Assembly: GCA_951406725.2 (NCBI GenBank)
Contig: OX597816.1
Location: 118,172,001 to 118,236,000, forward strand
Origin: Octopus vulgaris
Taxonomy: Eukaryota
Length of the DNA stretch: 64,000 nt
Direction: 5' to 3'
The notes beneath the pieces were generated by a model. The model did not search any database and was not told where the DNA came from. It saw only the letters and a program-made list of their open reading frames with translations. A program made the translations under genes and the position numbers. This document shows, piece after piece, positions 12,278 to 26,480 of this stretch; the first letter of the stretch is position 1, and each line of letters opens with the position of its first letter.

Positions 12278-12487
12278 GAGGGTTGCTGGAAAGTTCCTGG
12301 CTTTAAGGGTATTGTGAAAGGACCCATTGGAAGTCCAACCTTCCAAGTTCTTTTATAGGGCTTAGAAAAACTGAGTGACCACTGCAATAAGTGTGTGAAT
12401 TTGGAAAGGGAATATGTTGAATAAAATCATAATTAACTGATCTTCCCGTATTTTCTTTTACTCAGAGCCAGGAACTTTTCAGCACTC
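12278..12487. mobile_element. Mariner-type MITE
   Basis: TIRs gagggttgctggaaagttcctggct / agccaggaacttttcagcactc. Confidence 0.7.
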
Positions 12488-12491
12488 TTTC

Positions 12492-12820
<329 letters not shown>

Positions 12821-12898
12821 TTACATCACATTTCTTCTTCCTTTCAATAATAAAATAATGAGAAATCATTAAGTCAGCTTTCTCTTCTGACATTACAG

Positions 12899-13003
12899 AA
12901 GTGTGCTGATGGAAAGCAGGAAAGAAAAGTGAAATCAACATGCAACAATCAATGCAGAAAAGACTTACAAATTCAACAAGCCATTGATACAGTACAGTTA
13001 TAG
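12899..13003 (+). CDS. Candidate terminal exon ([34 protein letters not shown])
   Basis: Acceptor ctttctcttctgacattacag with a branch-like ctgac; phase 0 open to TAG at 13001-13003; AT-rich UTR-like tract with ATTAAA at 13181. Confidence 0.45.
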   Translation, partial: KCADGKQERKVKSTCNNQCRKDLQIQQAIDTVQL

Positions 13004-13970
13004 TTGCTGAAGATGTGTGCAGTAGAGAGGTAGAAGAAAACCGATATGTGAAATCTATTGAACATGCAAAGTATTTGATTAGAAAGAAAAAAAAAAAAAA
13101 ATAACTATTTATAAACTGTAGTTTTTTTTTTTTATAAAATAATTTATCATCAAAAGAATATATATTTATTTTAATGTTATATTAAAATCCTAGTTGTATC
13201 TTCTTTTTTTTTATTTGATTATTATAGAAATAGCACACAAGATGGTTGTGGAGGTCAGAAACTTGATGTAAAACTTAGTTGTAAAACCTTATTCAGTGCT
13301 TTATGATATTTGTCTTTAGTTAACACCAGTTTTGATAGGTTTACATCCTGTTACAGCTGCTTTTGTGTCGCTCACACTCATACACACACTCTTAACACTC
13401 ATTCACACGCATACACACTTTCACATGGAGACACATTTTCATGCTAATTACACATCCACACACCCATACACATTTCAAACACACATACACACACAGCTTG
13501 TGTTTTGGCTTTATATTTTAAGAATTTAAAATGAATTGACCCTTAATATTCCCATGTTGGATTGGATGGGAGATTTTGTGAAAAGTATGAATAATGTTTA
13601 GCCTCTCTAGTTAACCTTAATGAGCAGACCTATGATGAAAGGAAGGCAGTCCGATCATGACCATCCTCTCTTTTTAATAGCATCTATGATTACAAAAGCT
13701 AATATGTTCTTTTTTCTAAGATGATGGAGTGTCATTTGAAGAATATTTGACTGCTAGGTTTAGCAGGTCAAACAATTTCATAGAGGCTTCCTAGTAACTA
13801 TTTCACCTATTGGTGAGGCAAATGAAATAGGAGAGTAATATCTCTTATCTTGTTATAAAACATAACAACTAGAGCAAAGATTGAACTCAAGTACATATGG
13901 TCAGTAACAGTCCACCGTCATAATGTCAGACACTGAATCTTCAGTTATCTCTCTCTCTTTCTTCTCACAC

Positions 13971-14017
<47 letters not shown>

Positions 14018-15811
14018 CACATGCATGCGCATACAGAAAGGAATCCAGCTGATGATGTACAAATATTACTTTTGGTTGAAATAAAATGATATAAATGAAA
14101 TCTGAAAATGTTATTTAATCCTACATTTCTTTTATGATAAATGATCTAAATCAGTCATGAGTGAACTACGGGCAGTTGGGCTTTCTGAATGGCATGCTTA
14201 ACTAAAAATTACCATGAAATTTTCTTAGTAGTGAGGCTCACCTAATGGTGAGCCATGTCTCATGTGGTCTGCTTCTTGAAAACAGTTGCCCATGCCTGCT
14301 AAAAATGTTGGTGATCTAGTAGTATTGTGTGTGTGTGTGTGAGTGTGTATTAACAATAACCTAAAATAAGTAATACTTAAAAGGAAATAATGTTGGGCTT
14401 CTCAATTGTATTTGATATTGAAAGTAAAATATGCATGATCTTTTTAATGGATGGCTTTTGTTTGTTTAGACTCACTGAATGTTTGCAAAAAAAAAATCTT
14501 CTACTTTTGTTGACAAAAAGTTTTTTAAAAATTCAAGTTTTCAGTTAATTAATTCCAAGAATATTTAATTATCCATTTATTTATAATTTTTTGTAATGTG
14601 TTAAAATAAACACTTCTATATATATTAGTAACAGAGGCAATGTTAAAACAGAGAGGTAATATTTATGTCCACTTAAACATGGATGTTCTGCCAGAACAAA
14701 CTATACAGCAGTTATCATGAGAGAAACTCTCATATTGGCTTTTGAGGCAAAATATTACTTCTTGTTTCACTGAATCTTGTCAATGATGGACAAGGAAGGT
14801 CAAAATCACATGGTCTTGGCATAGAGAAGGCAGGGATTTATCTCCCTGCTAGCAATATAAACAAGAGTAGATTTTGCACCAGTTTCTCTCAAAATCATCA
14901 TCATTATCATTTAACATCCGCTTTCCATGCTAGCATGGGTTGGCAAACCAGATGGCTGCACCAGACTCCAATCTGATCTGGCAGAGTTTCTACAGCTGGA
15001 TGCCCTTCCTAACACCAACCACTCTGAGAGTGTAGTGGGTGATTTTACGTGCCACTGGCACAAGGGCCAGTCAAGCAGTACTGTTTGTGCTAACAGATCT
15101 ACATTTAACTGGGGAAAAATTTCAATGTATGCTTGTGGATAATTACATTGCAAGTCCTTCTGGTTTTATATCATATGCAGTCAAAAATAAATAATTTTTT
15201 TTTCCATAATCTGAAAATGATGATATTTTAACAGTTTAGTACGATTTAGATATAAACTTAGATTTGTGATGTGCCCTAGGACTCATAAGGCTGGAGATTG
15301 ACCCAGTTTCCATGACATAAAAGTGACTGAGATTGCAATACTCACCCTTGAATAAGATGCTGATCTGTCACAAGGTTAACTTCACAGCTATTGCTGAAAC
15401 TCATTTACAGTTTAGTAGTCTGGTGAAATACGAAATGAAGAGTTTTGTTGAAGAATACCATGCACTGCCTTGTTTGGGAATTGAAACCATGTGTTCATGA
15501 TCAGGAATGCAACACCCTAACCACTCAGCAATGTAAAGACAAGGTTTTTTTTTGCTAATGATTGGCCAGTTTTGGTTGTCTACAGTCATGTCAACACTAT
15601 GTATATGATATGTCGGTTCAATACCAATGTATCTTTGTCTGGTTGATGTTGCTTTCGGTCATTTTCATCACTTCTGGTACAATGAAAAAAACTCATACAA
15701 ACATTACAAATGAATAAGATCAGATTGTTTGTTCTGTGGAAGTAATAATAATAATGATAATAATAATAATAATATTTTAAAAGGATTGGCATAACTCTTC
15801 ATGAAGGTAAA

Positions 15812-16696
15812 TAGACAATATGAAGAGCACGGTGTGATTGCAATAGATATTTTATTGGTTTGAACGATATTTCAACAGCTTGCCTGTCTTTGTTGAGTTC
15901 AAAATGAAAAGTGATACACAGAAATTCAGAATTATATGAATGCGAAACTCCTGCATTTCCATGTTGACAGAATGACATCATCAGTGTTCAATTATCAATT
16001 TTATAACTGGCAAAAGGAAAAGGAAAGAAAGAAACAAACAGAAAGCAACAGAAGAAAAAGAAAATGAAGACCAATATTTAGTCAAACAGTTTTGTGTAAA
16101 TATGATGAAATTCCCCTGTCATTTTATTCATTCCTTCAAGGCATGATGTTAATAACTCATATATTTGTTCTCATGCCTTTTGAGAACTGAACGTGTAGTA
16201 GATTCAGAATATTTTCTGAGAATATGCACTTTCAAGTTTTTTTTTTTCAATATTGCAGCCATTTGATGTAAAATGTTAAGCAAGTTCTGTCAAACTACTG
16301 CTATTGTGCCTGATGTCATACATGTGTCCATTGAATCTTTTAATTGTTTTGTTGTACAACCAACATAAATCAAGTTGTTTTTGGTGCATTCTGCTCCATA
16401 CACCAAATGGGAATCTCTATACATCCCACATTTCTGTTATGATTCCTGATGGACAGGGCTTACCTCTCGTGCAGCTATTTTTCAAAGTACAGCATTCAGA
16501 AACTCCAATGTTAATTTTCTTGGAGTCAGAAGTAGAGGTTAATAGCTCTCATATTTTTTTTCTATCTAATGGCTACATTAGATGTCTGAGGGAATATTTG
16601 TTTGAAATGAGGATATTTTTTCTGCAACATGCTGGTAACTTTCACGTAATACTTTTGAAATGCTAGCGAAATTTTGGTGCCAATTAACCACTATTG
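15812..16696 (-). mobile_element. Penelope-like element 3' remnant: GIY-YIG endonuclease fragment plus terminal repeat
   Basis: Minus strand, with frameshifts: VVNWHQNFASISKVLRE..KQIFP, VYGAECTK..LIYVGCT..KRFNGHMYDIRHN..HFTSNGCNIEK..LKVHIL..KRHENKYM..EGMN. Confidence 0.75.
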
Positions 16697-19148
16697 CAGG
16701 GATGTCCAACTTTTTTCCTAGTGGGCCAAATTATGAATTTAAGTATATTTACCAGGCCACAAAGGTACTTAGATATAAACTTTTAAAAAGTTCAAAATAT
16801 AGGGAATAAAAGTTTTTAATAACAAATATAAATACAAAATAATGTGCTATTGATAGTAAAATGAAATTACACTTACACAAAATAAAATCAATGTGATTTT
16901 TAGCATTACTTTCCTTTTATGATATTTTCAAGATTTACTTTTATGGTACTATGCTTTCCTCTAAGAATGTTAGCTAAATGGCAATCACTCAGCCTATTTC
17001 TTTCAGCAGTTTTGATGTTTTTCACATGCAAAAAGAATTGTTCACAGCAGTATGTAGTACCCCACATGCACAATAGTTTTCTAGCTAAATTGGCAATCTG
17101 ATCAAATTCATTGAAAGAAAGTAATTTCTTATAAAAGTCAAGAAGAGTATATTCTCTATGATAAGTTTTCAAAGATTCTCTATTTTGAAGCTTAATGAAT
17201 TCTAGCTGGTATTTGACTGATGCTTCCAAAAAAATAAATGAAAATGGAGCATTCAACAATTTTAGTTCAGTTTCTATCTTTCTGAAGTCAGAAATTCTGG
17301 TTGTAAAATCTTCTACCAAAGCTTCACATAATTTAGTGTATTTTTCAAAGTTCACAGGAAATTATTCTTGTCTTTTAGATAAATTCTGAAAACGTACAAT
17401 TTCTCCACCCTTCAACGGTATTGTGAAAAGTTCTAATTTTTTAGTAAAATTTGTTATTCAGTCAAACATTGAACAACATAACTGCTCTTTTCCTTGTAAA
17501 TGCAAATTAAGCCCAGCTAACATTTCAGTGATATCTGCTAAGAAGGACAGATCATTCAACCATTCTTCATTCGCTAAGAAATCTACATTTTGCTTTTTGT
17601 TTTGCATGAACTATTTTATTTCAGGCAACAATAACTGAAATCTATTCAAAGTTGCTGCTTGACTGAACCATCTGATTTTTGGGAAATAAAAAACATCCTT
17701 ATACTCACTGCCATCTTCTACCAAGAATGCTTTGAATGTATGAGGGTTCAAATCCCGAGACCTGATAGAATTAACAACTGTTTCATATTTAATTTTTGAG
17801 CACATAATTGCTGTTGATGAATCAAGTAATGATAGCTAAGTATATCATGATCAACCATTTCTTTGAATAAAGCAATAAACCCATTATTTTTACCAGTTAC
17901 TGCAGGAGCACCATCAGTTGTAATCGAATTAATTTTATTTCTGTCAACATTGAACTTTGCAAATGATAAATTAAGTTTCCCTTGTTATGTTGCTGCCAGT
18001 TGTTGTACCCTTCATATGACACATGTCCAACATTTCTTCAATGATAATAAAATTGGCATCAATTCCTCTGGTGGAAATAACCAATTGTGCAGTGTCACTT
18101 TGATCAGTACTTTCATCCAATGCTAAACTGTAACGAACACATTTAGATAATTGACTCTGCAATGTTTCCACAATATTGTCAACTAAGTCATCAATTCGTC
18201 TACCAATTGTCTGTTGCGACAGACTTGTTTCATTAAATATGTCACCTTCTCAGGACAATATTCATTAAAAGCAATTACAATGCATTCTTTTATTAATTCA
18301 CCATCTATCAGTAGCTTACCCATCTAAGCCAATTTTTCAGCTATTAAATAACTAACTTTTGTACATGTACCAGTTTTCTCAACATGTTTTTTGAAATTGT
18401 TTTGTTGTGAACTAAGCTTCTTCTTTCCTTCTTCCTTCATTTAATTCATTATATTGTGACTCATGTTTGGCAGCATAGTGACATTTAATATTATATTCCT
18501 TGCATACAGCAATTTTACCATTACATATGAGACAGATAATAATATTGCATGTTTCAATTACGAAATATTTTTCTGTCCATAGGATATTGAATTTTCTCTT
18601 TACTTCTGTTATTTTTCTCTTCTTAGTATCAGATGTCATGACTAAATAATGGGCAATTAAAATTAACAATTAAAATTATTACGTGATCATGCTGATATTA
18701 ATATTCCAGAAATCAGAAACAAATAAAGAATAAATAGGATCTTCCTCATAAAGCATTAGCATTAGGCTTAGCCTAGACTAGAAACACTGAAGTCACTATC
18801 ACTTGACATTGTAAACAGGGTTAGGAAATAACACAATCAATATTGATCCAACCGCAAAAGATTTGAAACTGAAACCATGGTTGTTAATAATACATCAACA
18901 AAATGGCTGACTCTACACTGTAGAGTCAGCCATTCTACGTCATAAACCCCACAGCCTCCCTCGTTTTACCTCCTTCTATTGAGGTTTTCATTGGTCCATT
19001 CAAAATAGCACACTCCGAAAAAACTTTTTTGATACAATATCAAAGTAAATGAAAATATAACTAGAAAATAACACGTAGAATTAGAACCGCCAATGGGCCA
19101 CATGAAAATATTAAGTGGGCCACAATGCAGCCCATGGGTTAGACATCA
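16697..19148 (-). mobile_element. hAT DNA transposon (GTF2IRD2/Buster/SPIN-like), near full length, with a pseudogenised transposase (about 18639-16906)
   Basis: Zinc finger ICLICNGKIAVCKEYNIKCHYAAKH; catalytic YSLALDESTDQSDTAQL and ITTDGAP; RW motif; dimerisation domain WGTTYCCEQFF..KTAERNRLSD. TIR cagggatgtccaac at 16697 and partial gttagacatc at 19138-19148. Confidence 0.9.
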
Positions 19149-19402
19149 AAACTGTTTGACTAAATATTATTATTCTTTTTCTTTTTCTTCTTTTGCCTTT
19201 TGTCAATTGCAAAATTGATAATTGAAGACTGATGATATCATTCTGTCAACGTGGGAACAAAGAAGTTTTTGTGTTCATATAATTTTGAATCTCTGTGTAT
19301 CACTTTTCTTTTTGAACTTGATAAAGATAAGCAAGCTGTTGAAATATCATTCAAACCAATAAAATATCTATTGCAATCACATTGCACTCTTTATATTGTC
19401 TA
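19148..19402 (+). repeat. Inverted copy of the Penelope-like terminal repeat at 15812-16094
   Basis: caaaactgtttgactaaatatt..ttcaaaccaataaaatatctattgcaatcaca..tattgtcta is the diverged reverse complement of 15812-16094. Confidence 0.9.
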
Positions 19403-19434
19403 ATAATAATAATGATGATGACGATGATGATGAT

Positions 19435-21790
19435 GAAAGTCAACAGTTCTGGGGTAAGATATGAAGTAAGCAAGAACAACATAATACTGCAGCTGAATGA
19501 TCTGCCACATGAAGTAAACAGATTCTTATCCCCAGCAAGAGGCTATCCACTTCACAGACGACATTATTAGAAATGTGAATAAAATGTACAGGGATTTTGA
19601 ATAAAAAAAAGTTCAGTATCTGCCATAAATTGATCACAGAGTAATTTAATGCAATGATTGATGGAGAGGAAGAAATCCCAGGTTGCTGACAAAAGGTTGA
19701 ACAGTGTTGTATCTGAAGGATGCACCAAAAGGAAATGCTGCCAACAATTACAGGCCAATTTTTTGCCTCCTGTTATTGTGGAAATTACTGTTAGGAGGAA
19801 TTGCAGAAGAACTGTGTAAATTTCTTGATGTGAATGGTATGTTACAGACGGAATAAAAAGGTTGCAGAAGGAAATGCAGAGGTATCAAATACCAATTATT
19901 GATAAACAAAATGGTAATGCAAGATTGTAAATGAAGAACAAATTTGGGAATGGCCTGGACTAACTATCACAATGCTTATGATGAGATTCCATGTTCGTGG
20001 ATCATTGAGTGCTTAGATTTATTTGGAATTGTGAGAAATGTAATGCGTTTTCTGAAGAGATATATGGTGGGGTGGAAAACTGAGTTGACATCTCACGGAA
20101 AAAGCTTGGGCACCCTGGGCATTAGAAGAGGGATTTTCCAGGGTGATAACTTACCTCCATTGCTTTTTGTTCTTTGCATGATCCCTCTGACTTTGGTACT
20201 TAGGAAACTGAACCTGGGATATCAGTTAAAGGGAAAATCTCAAACAATCAACCACCTCCACTTCATGGATGATTTGAAGTTGTAAGGCAAGGATGAGGTA
20301 CAAGTGAGTTCCTTAGTGAACATGGTCCACTGTCTTAGTGCTGATATTAGAATGGAATTCAGACTCAAGAATTGCCGAATAGTGTACCTAAAAAGAGGCA
20401 AAGTACAGTCCCTAGCAGGGATAGAATTGCAATGGAAGGCTACAAATACCTTGGCATACTAGAGTTCAACAAGATAATGGAGAAGGAAATGAAAGTGTTA
20501 CTGAGGATAGAATATTTCTGAAGACTAAGATTGGTGTTGTACTCAAAATTGACCAGATAGAATAAAATCCAAGCAGTTAATACATGGGTGGTAGCATCAC
20601 TTTGGTATGGAGCTGGAATCATAAAATGGCAAAAGAAAGAACTGATGAACATGGATACAAAGGCAAGAAAAATGTTGACAGTGCACAGAACCTTCCCTCC
20701 TAAGAGTGATACTAATAGGCTGTACTTGTCCAGAAGAAAGGGTGGAGAGGTTTAATCAGCTGCCAGGATTGTATTAAAGCAGAAGAAAACAGCTTAGGGT
20801 GGTATGTAAAAAATACTGTGGAATCATTGTCGAAACACATGAAGAAGCATGTGACGAAGGCTGGTGTCATTAAAACTGATAATTGTGTAAAGAAAGAAAA
20901 GCTTAAAGAGGAAAAGAACATAAAAAAGAAACATCATGGAAGGGGGAAAATGTACAATCAGTTTGCAAGAAATACAAATGTCAAGACAGATACAAAAGAC
21001 CAGTAGCTATGGATGAGGAGGAGTGACCTGAAGATAGAGAGAGATGCACTTATAAGCGCAGCTCAAGAACAAGCATTAAGGACTAACTGTGTGAAGTGCA
21101 GAAATGACAACACTACAAACAGTGGTAAATACAGAATGTGTGGTAAGAGGGGTGAAATTATATGGCACATTGTTAGTGAATGCCCGAAATTGACACAATG
21201 AGAATACAAAAGGTGCTATGACAATGTGGCAAGAATGATCCATTGGGAACTCTGTAGAAATCACAGCCTACAAAAAGCAAAGATGTGGTATGAGCAAACA
21301 TTGGAAGGAGTCACTGAGAATGAAAATTGCAAAATCCTGTGGGATACAATGATTCAGTGCAGTCACCTGACCAAACATCGGAAACTGGACATTGTGGTGG
21401 AAATTGTCATGCATATAATCAACATAGCATGTCCCAGTGACAACAGGATCAAAGAAAAAGAAGAAAAACTGAACAACTATGACAACTTGAAGAGGGAAAT
21501 ACGAAGGTTGTGGTCAATGAGGAGAGTTGATGTGATACCAATAGTAACTGGCACACTTGGAAGTACCAGCACCCAACTACCATCATAGCTCTAAAAGATT
21601 GGTACAAATGCAAATGTAGAACACCTACAAAAATCAGCATTGCTTGGAACTGCAAAAATTCTTCACTGGGTTCTTGAAGCATGACCAGTAAACAAGTGTC
21701 ACCATAGTCTGCTGGCTGTGGACAGCTGACACTTACCATCATACCCAGTAAAATAAGTTGTAAGTTTGCATCAAATGATGATAATAATAA
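19435..21790 (+). mobile_element. 5'-truncated degenerate Dong/R4-clade LINE (RT, CCHC finger, restriction-like endonuclease)
   Basis: NYRPIFCL, GIFQGDNLPPLLF, HFMDDLKL, RMCGKRGEIIWHIVSECPKL, ARMIHWELC and KHRKLDIVV..IINIACP..KEEKLNNYDNL; flanked by (TAA/TGA)n. Confidence 0.9.
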
Positions 21791-23059
21791 CCCTTTCTGT
21801 TATAGGCACAAGGCCAGAAATTTTGGGGGAGGGAGCCAGTCAATTACATCGACCCCAGTACACAACTGATACTTAATTTATTGACCCTAAAAGGATGAAA
21901 GGCAAAGTTGACCTCCACAGAATTTGTAATCAAAATGTAGACAGACAGACAAAATATCACTAATAGAGGCACAAAGCTTGAAACTTTGGGAGAGTGGATA
22001 GTTGATAACATGAACCCCCAGTGCTCAGCTGACCCTTATTTTATTGACCCTGAAAGAATGAAAAGGCACAGCTGAACTTAGTGGAATTTGAACTCCAAAC
22101 ATAAAGACAGAAGAAATGTGGAAAGGTAATGATCCTGCCAGCTTGCCACCTTAATAATGATAATGGTGGATTCTCCCATCAAAGACAATGTATGAGCATT
22201 CAGCTTTTGCTGAACAACCTGCACAAATGATTAGTTTGTTGTGATCAAATGCATGTGCTGTACATTAGCTCACTCCTTCCATCTAATTGATGTTACCTAA
22301 ACAGGTGCATGGTGTTCCATGCGACAGGTGTTGAAGTGATTGCAGAGCAATGTGAGATGAAGTGTTTTGATCAAGAACACAACACACTACCTGTAAGTTG
22401 ATTACACTGACCTCAGTGTTCATCATCATCATCATTTAACATCTATGTCCCATGCTAGCATGGGTTAGATGATTTGATAGGATCCTCTAAGTCCAAGGCT
22501 GTATCAAGCTCCAATATCTGCTTTGGCAGAATGCCTTTCCAAATGCCAACCACTTTACAGTGTGGATCAGGTGCTTTTTTTCATGCATCAGCATTATTGA
22601 AGCTCGCAGAATGAATCCTGGAAGAGGTGGTGGTGAGCTTCATACTAGGGGATGACAGGATTACTATGAGAGGGGAAGGGCAGAGCAAATTCTTGCAAAG
22701 AGATCTGAATGGTGACACACATCTGGTAGGAGAAAAAAAGGGGAGGAAAGAAAAAGAGAACATGATCAGAAGCTGCAAGACATAATTGCGATATGGTGCC
22801 CAAATGGCTCCACAAGACACAAGCTGAGAAAAAAATGGGTAGTTGCAAGATTGTCTGGGGAAGTAAATAAAGGAGGGGTGGCAGGGGGAGAAGGTTCAAG
22901 AGTAGGTGAAACAAGAACCATGAACTGGGGAAAGTAGAGGGATGCAGGAGAGTGGCAGCATTAAGCAGTGGTAAAGATCATACAGTTACTGTGGGGTGAG
23001 AGTGGGGGCAAGAAAGATGTGATATAGTTAGGTAGTATGTGAAGTCAGGGTGGAGAGGG

Positions 23060-23570
23060 AAGTGGTAGGACATAATGCATGAAGTGGGAGGAGAGTCATT
23101 GTAACAGGTGGAGAGCCCAAAACATAACACTTCAAGAACTCAGTTTTGTTGATGAGGGGGGAGTCTTTTTGAGAACCTCATATCATCAGAGACCCTTGTC
23201 CTGTGTCATCTCATCTGTCAGGCTCAGGGCCTTGAGGTCAGCTTCCACCTATTCCTCTCATTTTTCTTGGTCTTCCTCTTCCACAGGTTCCAGCCACATT
23301 ATGCAAGCAATACTTCTTCCTACAGCTGTCCTCATCCATATACATCACATGTCTATAGCAGCACAGTCTTCTTTCTTGAACACAACATCTGATTCTTCTT
23401 ATACCCAGTTTTTTATTCAGCACCTTTGTACAAATTCTTTTATGTACACTCATGTTGCACATCCAATAGAGCATGCTCACTTCATTTCTTTCCAGTCTTC
23501 TCAAATCCTCTGCATTCAAGGCTCATGTCTCACTATCATGCAACATTGCAGTTCTAATACAAGCCAGGAA
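23060..23570 (-). mobile_element. RTE-clade LINE 3' fragment
   Basis: LRRLERNEVSMLYWMCNMS..KLGIRRI..QERRL..HV..GTCGRGRPRK. Confidence 0.75.
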
Positions 23571-24099
23571 TAACAGTTTATTCTTAGCCAGGTATTTCTC
23601 CAGCAGTTGTCTTGCTAGGAAGATATGCATTCGTGATGCCTCTTCCGGGCACAAAGCGAAACAGCATCTGTTCCAGGTCAACTCTGTCACAGATCAGCTG
23701 GGCTATGACATTCTCTGTGACCTTCGTAACTTGGACTAAAAGTTTAATTCTTCTACAGTTACTTCAATTGGTACCTCTTTTTTTGAACCTGAAAGAACGA
23801 ATGGTATAGTTGACCTCAGTGGAATTTGAACTCAGAATGTTCAAGTGCTGTGCTAAACCTTACCAAACATTTTATCTTACACTCTCATAATCCTACTAAT
23901 GCATAACTCTAGTATTAATAATTACCAAGAAAGTCCCAGACCAGAAACTGAGAGCAAAGGGGTGGGTTTTTTAAACTGTTCCATGCCATATAAACCAGTA
24001 TTACTGAACCTGGAAAGATGAAAGTCAAAGTTGACTTAAACAAGATTTGAACACATCCCCAAACATTTTTTTTTTTTTTTTTACTAAGAGTCAGACATT

Positions 24100-25259
24100 T
24101 GTGAAGGGAAATTAGTTAGAATTTGTTTTTTGTTTTGTTCTTTTTTTGTCAAAACTTCATGTACACTATTAAGTAGCTAACTACAATCTGACCCTTGTGT
24201 ATGCACACTAGCTAGATACTTGACACTTCAACGTAGTTCAAAACAAACTTGTGACAAAACATGTATTTTGTGTGCTTGGGATCACCCTTCATAGTGAAAT
24301 GAAACAAACATTATTGACACCTTATGCTTTTTTATTTTAAAAGAGGCAATAAAGCAATGGAAATTGGCAGGAAAGATATGCACAGTGTATGGAGAGGATG
24401 TTGTTATGAAACATTTATACCAGAAATGGTTCTCATAGTTTTGATCAGGAAATTTTTGGGTTCAAGATGCACCACACACTGGTTGGCTAACTGGGATTAA
24501 AAGTGATATGAACCCTCATTATATGATCAGGATAATTGCAGATAACGAAATCAAGTATTGGAAACCATCTGCATCAACTTGGATACATCAGCAGGGGCTT
24601 GACTTCTGCATCCCACATCAATTAATGAGGCAAATTTTGTCCAACAGATTTCTATTTGTAATTTGTTGCAAGAACATGATGAAAACAATTCTTTTGACAA
24701 GAGAATGGTGACAAGAGATGAAAAATGGATCATCTATAACAATGTAAAGCACGCACAATCATGAAGAAAGTGTAGCAAATCATCACAAGCAACTACCAAA
24801 TTAGGACTTCACCCAGAGTAGATTATGCTTTCACTTTAATTGGTAGGGTTATTGTCTTTTAGGAGCTTCTTCCCACAGACAGGACCATCAACTTGGCTGT
24901 GTACTGTGACCAGCTGGTCTCACTAAATGCAGTGATCTACCAGAAGCATCTAGCACAAGGGTATTGTCTTTCATCACAATCATAACAGACCACACATTTC
25001 TTTACAGATGCAGTAGAAGTTTGAGTGGGAAATTTTGCAGCACCTTCCATATTTACATGACTTTGTGCCTCCAAATTCCCACCAGTTTTGGTCTCTTCAA
25101 AATGCATTGAGGGTTAGGGTTAGAAAAACCATCAACCCAGAAGGGGATGTAAGAATTCACCTGGAAGAGCATTTTATTAATTGAATAAATCGCTTTATGT
25201 TTAAAATTTGAGTCTTATTTTCACTTTAAAAAAACCCAGACGTTTTGGCCAACCCAATA
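24100..25259 (+). mobile_element. Degenerate mariner (Mos1/Hsmar-like) transposon
   Basis: VYGEDVV, QKWF..SGNF..DAPHTG, VTRDEKWIIYNN, FHHNHNRPH, HLPYLHDFVP; right end gttttggccaacccaata. Confidence 0.85.
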
Positions 25260-26019
25260 TGTAAAGTTTTATGCTTTATCAACTTCAGTTTATTAGTTTC
25301 AAGTCACAGAACTGTAGCCATGCTGGAGCACCACGTTCTAATGTTTTGATATTTTGTTAAACCTAGTACTTGTTTCTTCAATCTCCATTTATCAAATGGC
25401 TCTTGCCTTTTGATATGAAAAGGATGCAATTCAACACATCAGTGTAATACAATAATACACACACATTGCCTAGTGTTCAGGATGTTGCACTCAAGATCAT
25501 AAGATTGTGGTTTTGATTCCTATATTTGGTAGTGTGTTGTGTTCTTAGGCAAAACAGTTCATTTTGTACTACGTTGTGATTACTTCAAGACTTGATGTGT
25601 GGTATGCCATGCACCTGTTCAGGTAATGTTGATTTGATGAAGGGAGTGAACTTGTGTACAAATGTATAAACAAATTCTCTGTGAAAGTTATTTTGCAGAA
25701 CCTTCGCCTGTCATCTACAACAGGAGAGTCCACGATGTGTGTGTGTGTGTGTGCGTGCTGCAGTAAAATACATTTTACCTAAGTTACAACACTGCAGGAT
25801 CAAATCTGACCCCATGTGGCTACAGAGCACACTTCAAAAACCACATGGCTATGCTTGCACAAATATTACTGGATCACATCTACTTCTTTTATTGACTCTC
25901 AAATAATAAAAAAATAAAGTCAATCCTGGCAGGGTTAGAACTCAGAAGAAAGAGAAATGAAATTAAACAGTGTAAAACACTCACTCTGATGTTTAATGGT
26001 GTTCACTCATCATTCCTAT

Positions 26020-26480
26020 CCAAGTATTTAATTCATCTATTCCACACGTTTGCACATTAGGTGGAAGTTCTCCTCTCATCCTCTACATCAGTTGTATACT
26101 CTTCTATTTCCTTCCAGTTTCTATTGACACCCTTTAGGTCCTCCTGAAATCTTTTGAACGATTGTAGCCATTGATCTTCTTCCTGTTGGTGCTTTTCTCA
26201 ATGCTTATTTCGCATATCAATGACCTGGCTGTTGCACAACATAACCAGCCAGCCAGCCAGCCACGTTCATTGTTTTGTAACTGTCATGAAGTCCCATATC
26301 TTCATTTCTGGTATAATCATCTTCAAAAATCTGTGCAATGACGGGCATGCTGAAATTCATGTTAAATGTTGAACAGTATTTCAACAAATGTTCAAAATCT
26401 GGTCCATGATCAAACAGTTAACACTAACATTAAGAGTTATCTGTATAATGCCATTGTATCACCAACAGTGGCACAGGCCA
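26020..26480 (-). mobile_element. Highly decayed RTE-like 3' fragment
   Basis: RNED..WLAGYVVQQPGH*YAK*ALRKAPTGRRS..EDLKG..WKEIE. Confidence 0.45.

Noticed and set aside
16906-18669. Domesticated GTF2IRD2/EPM2AIP1-like host gene
   Set aside because: Multiple stops and frameshifts plus flanking TIRs indicate a dead transposon.
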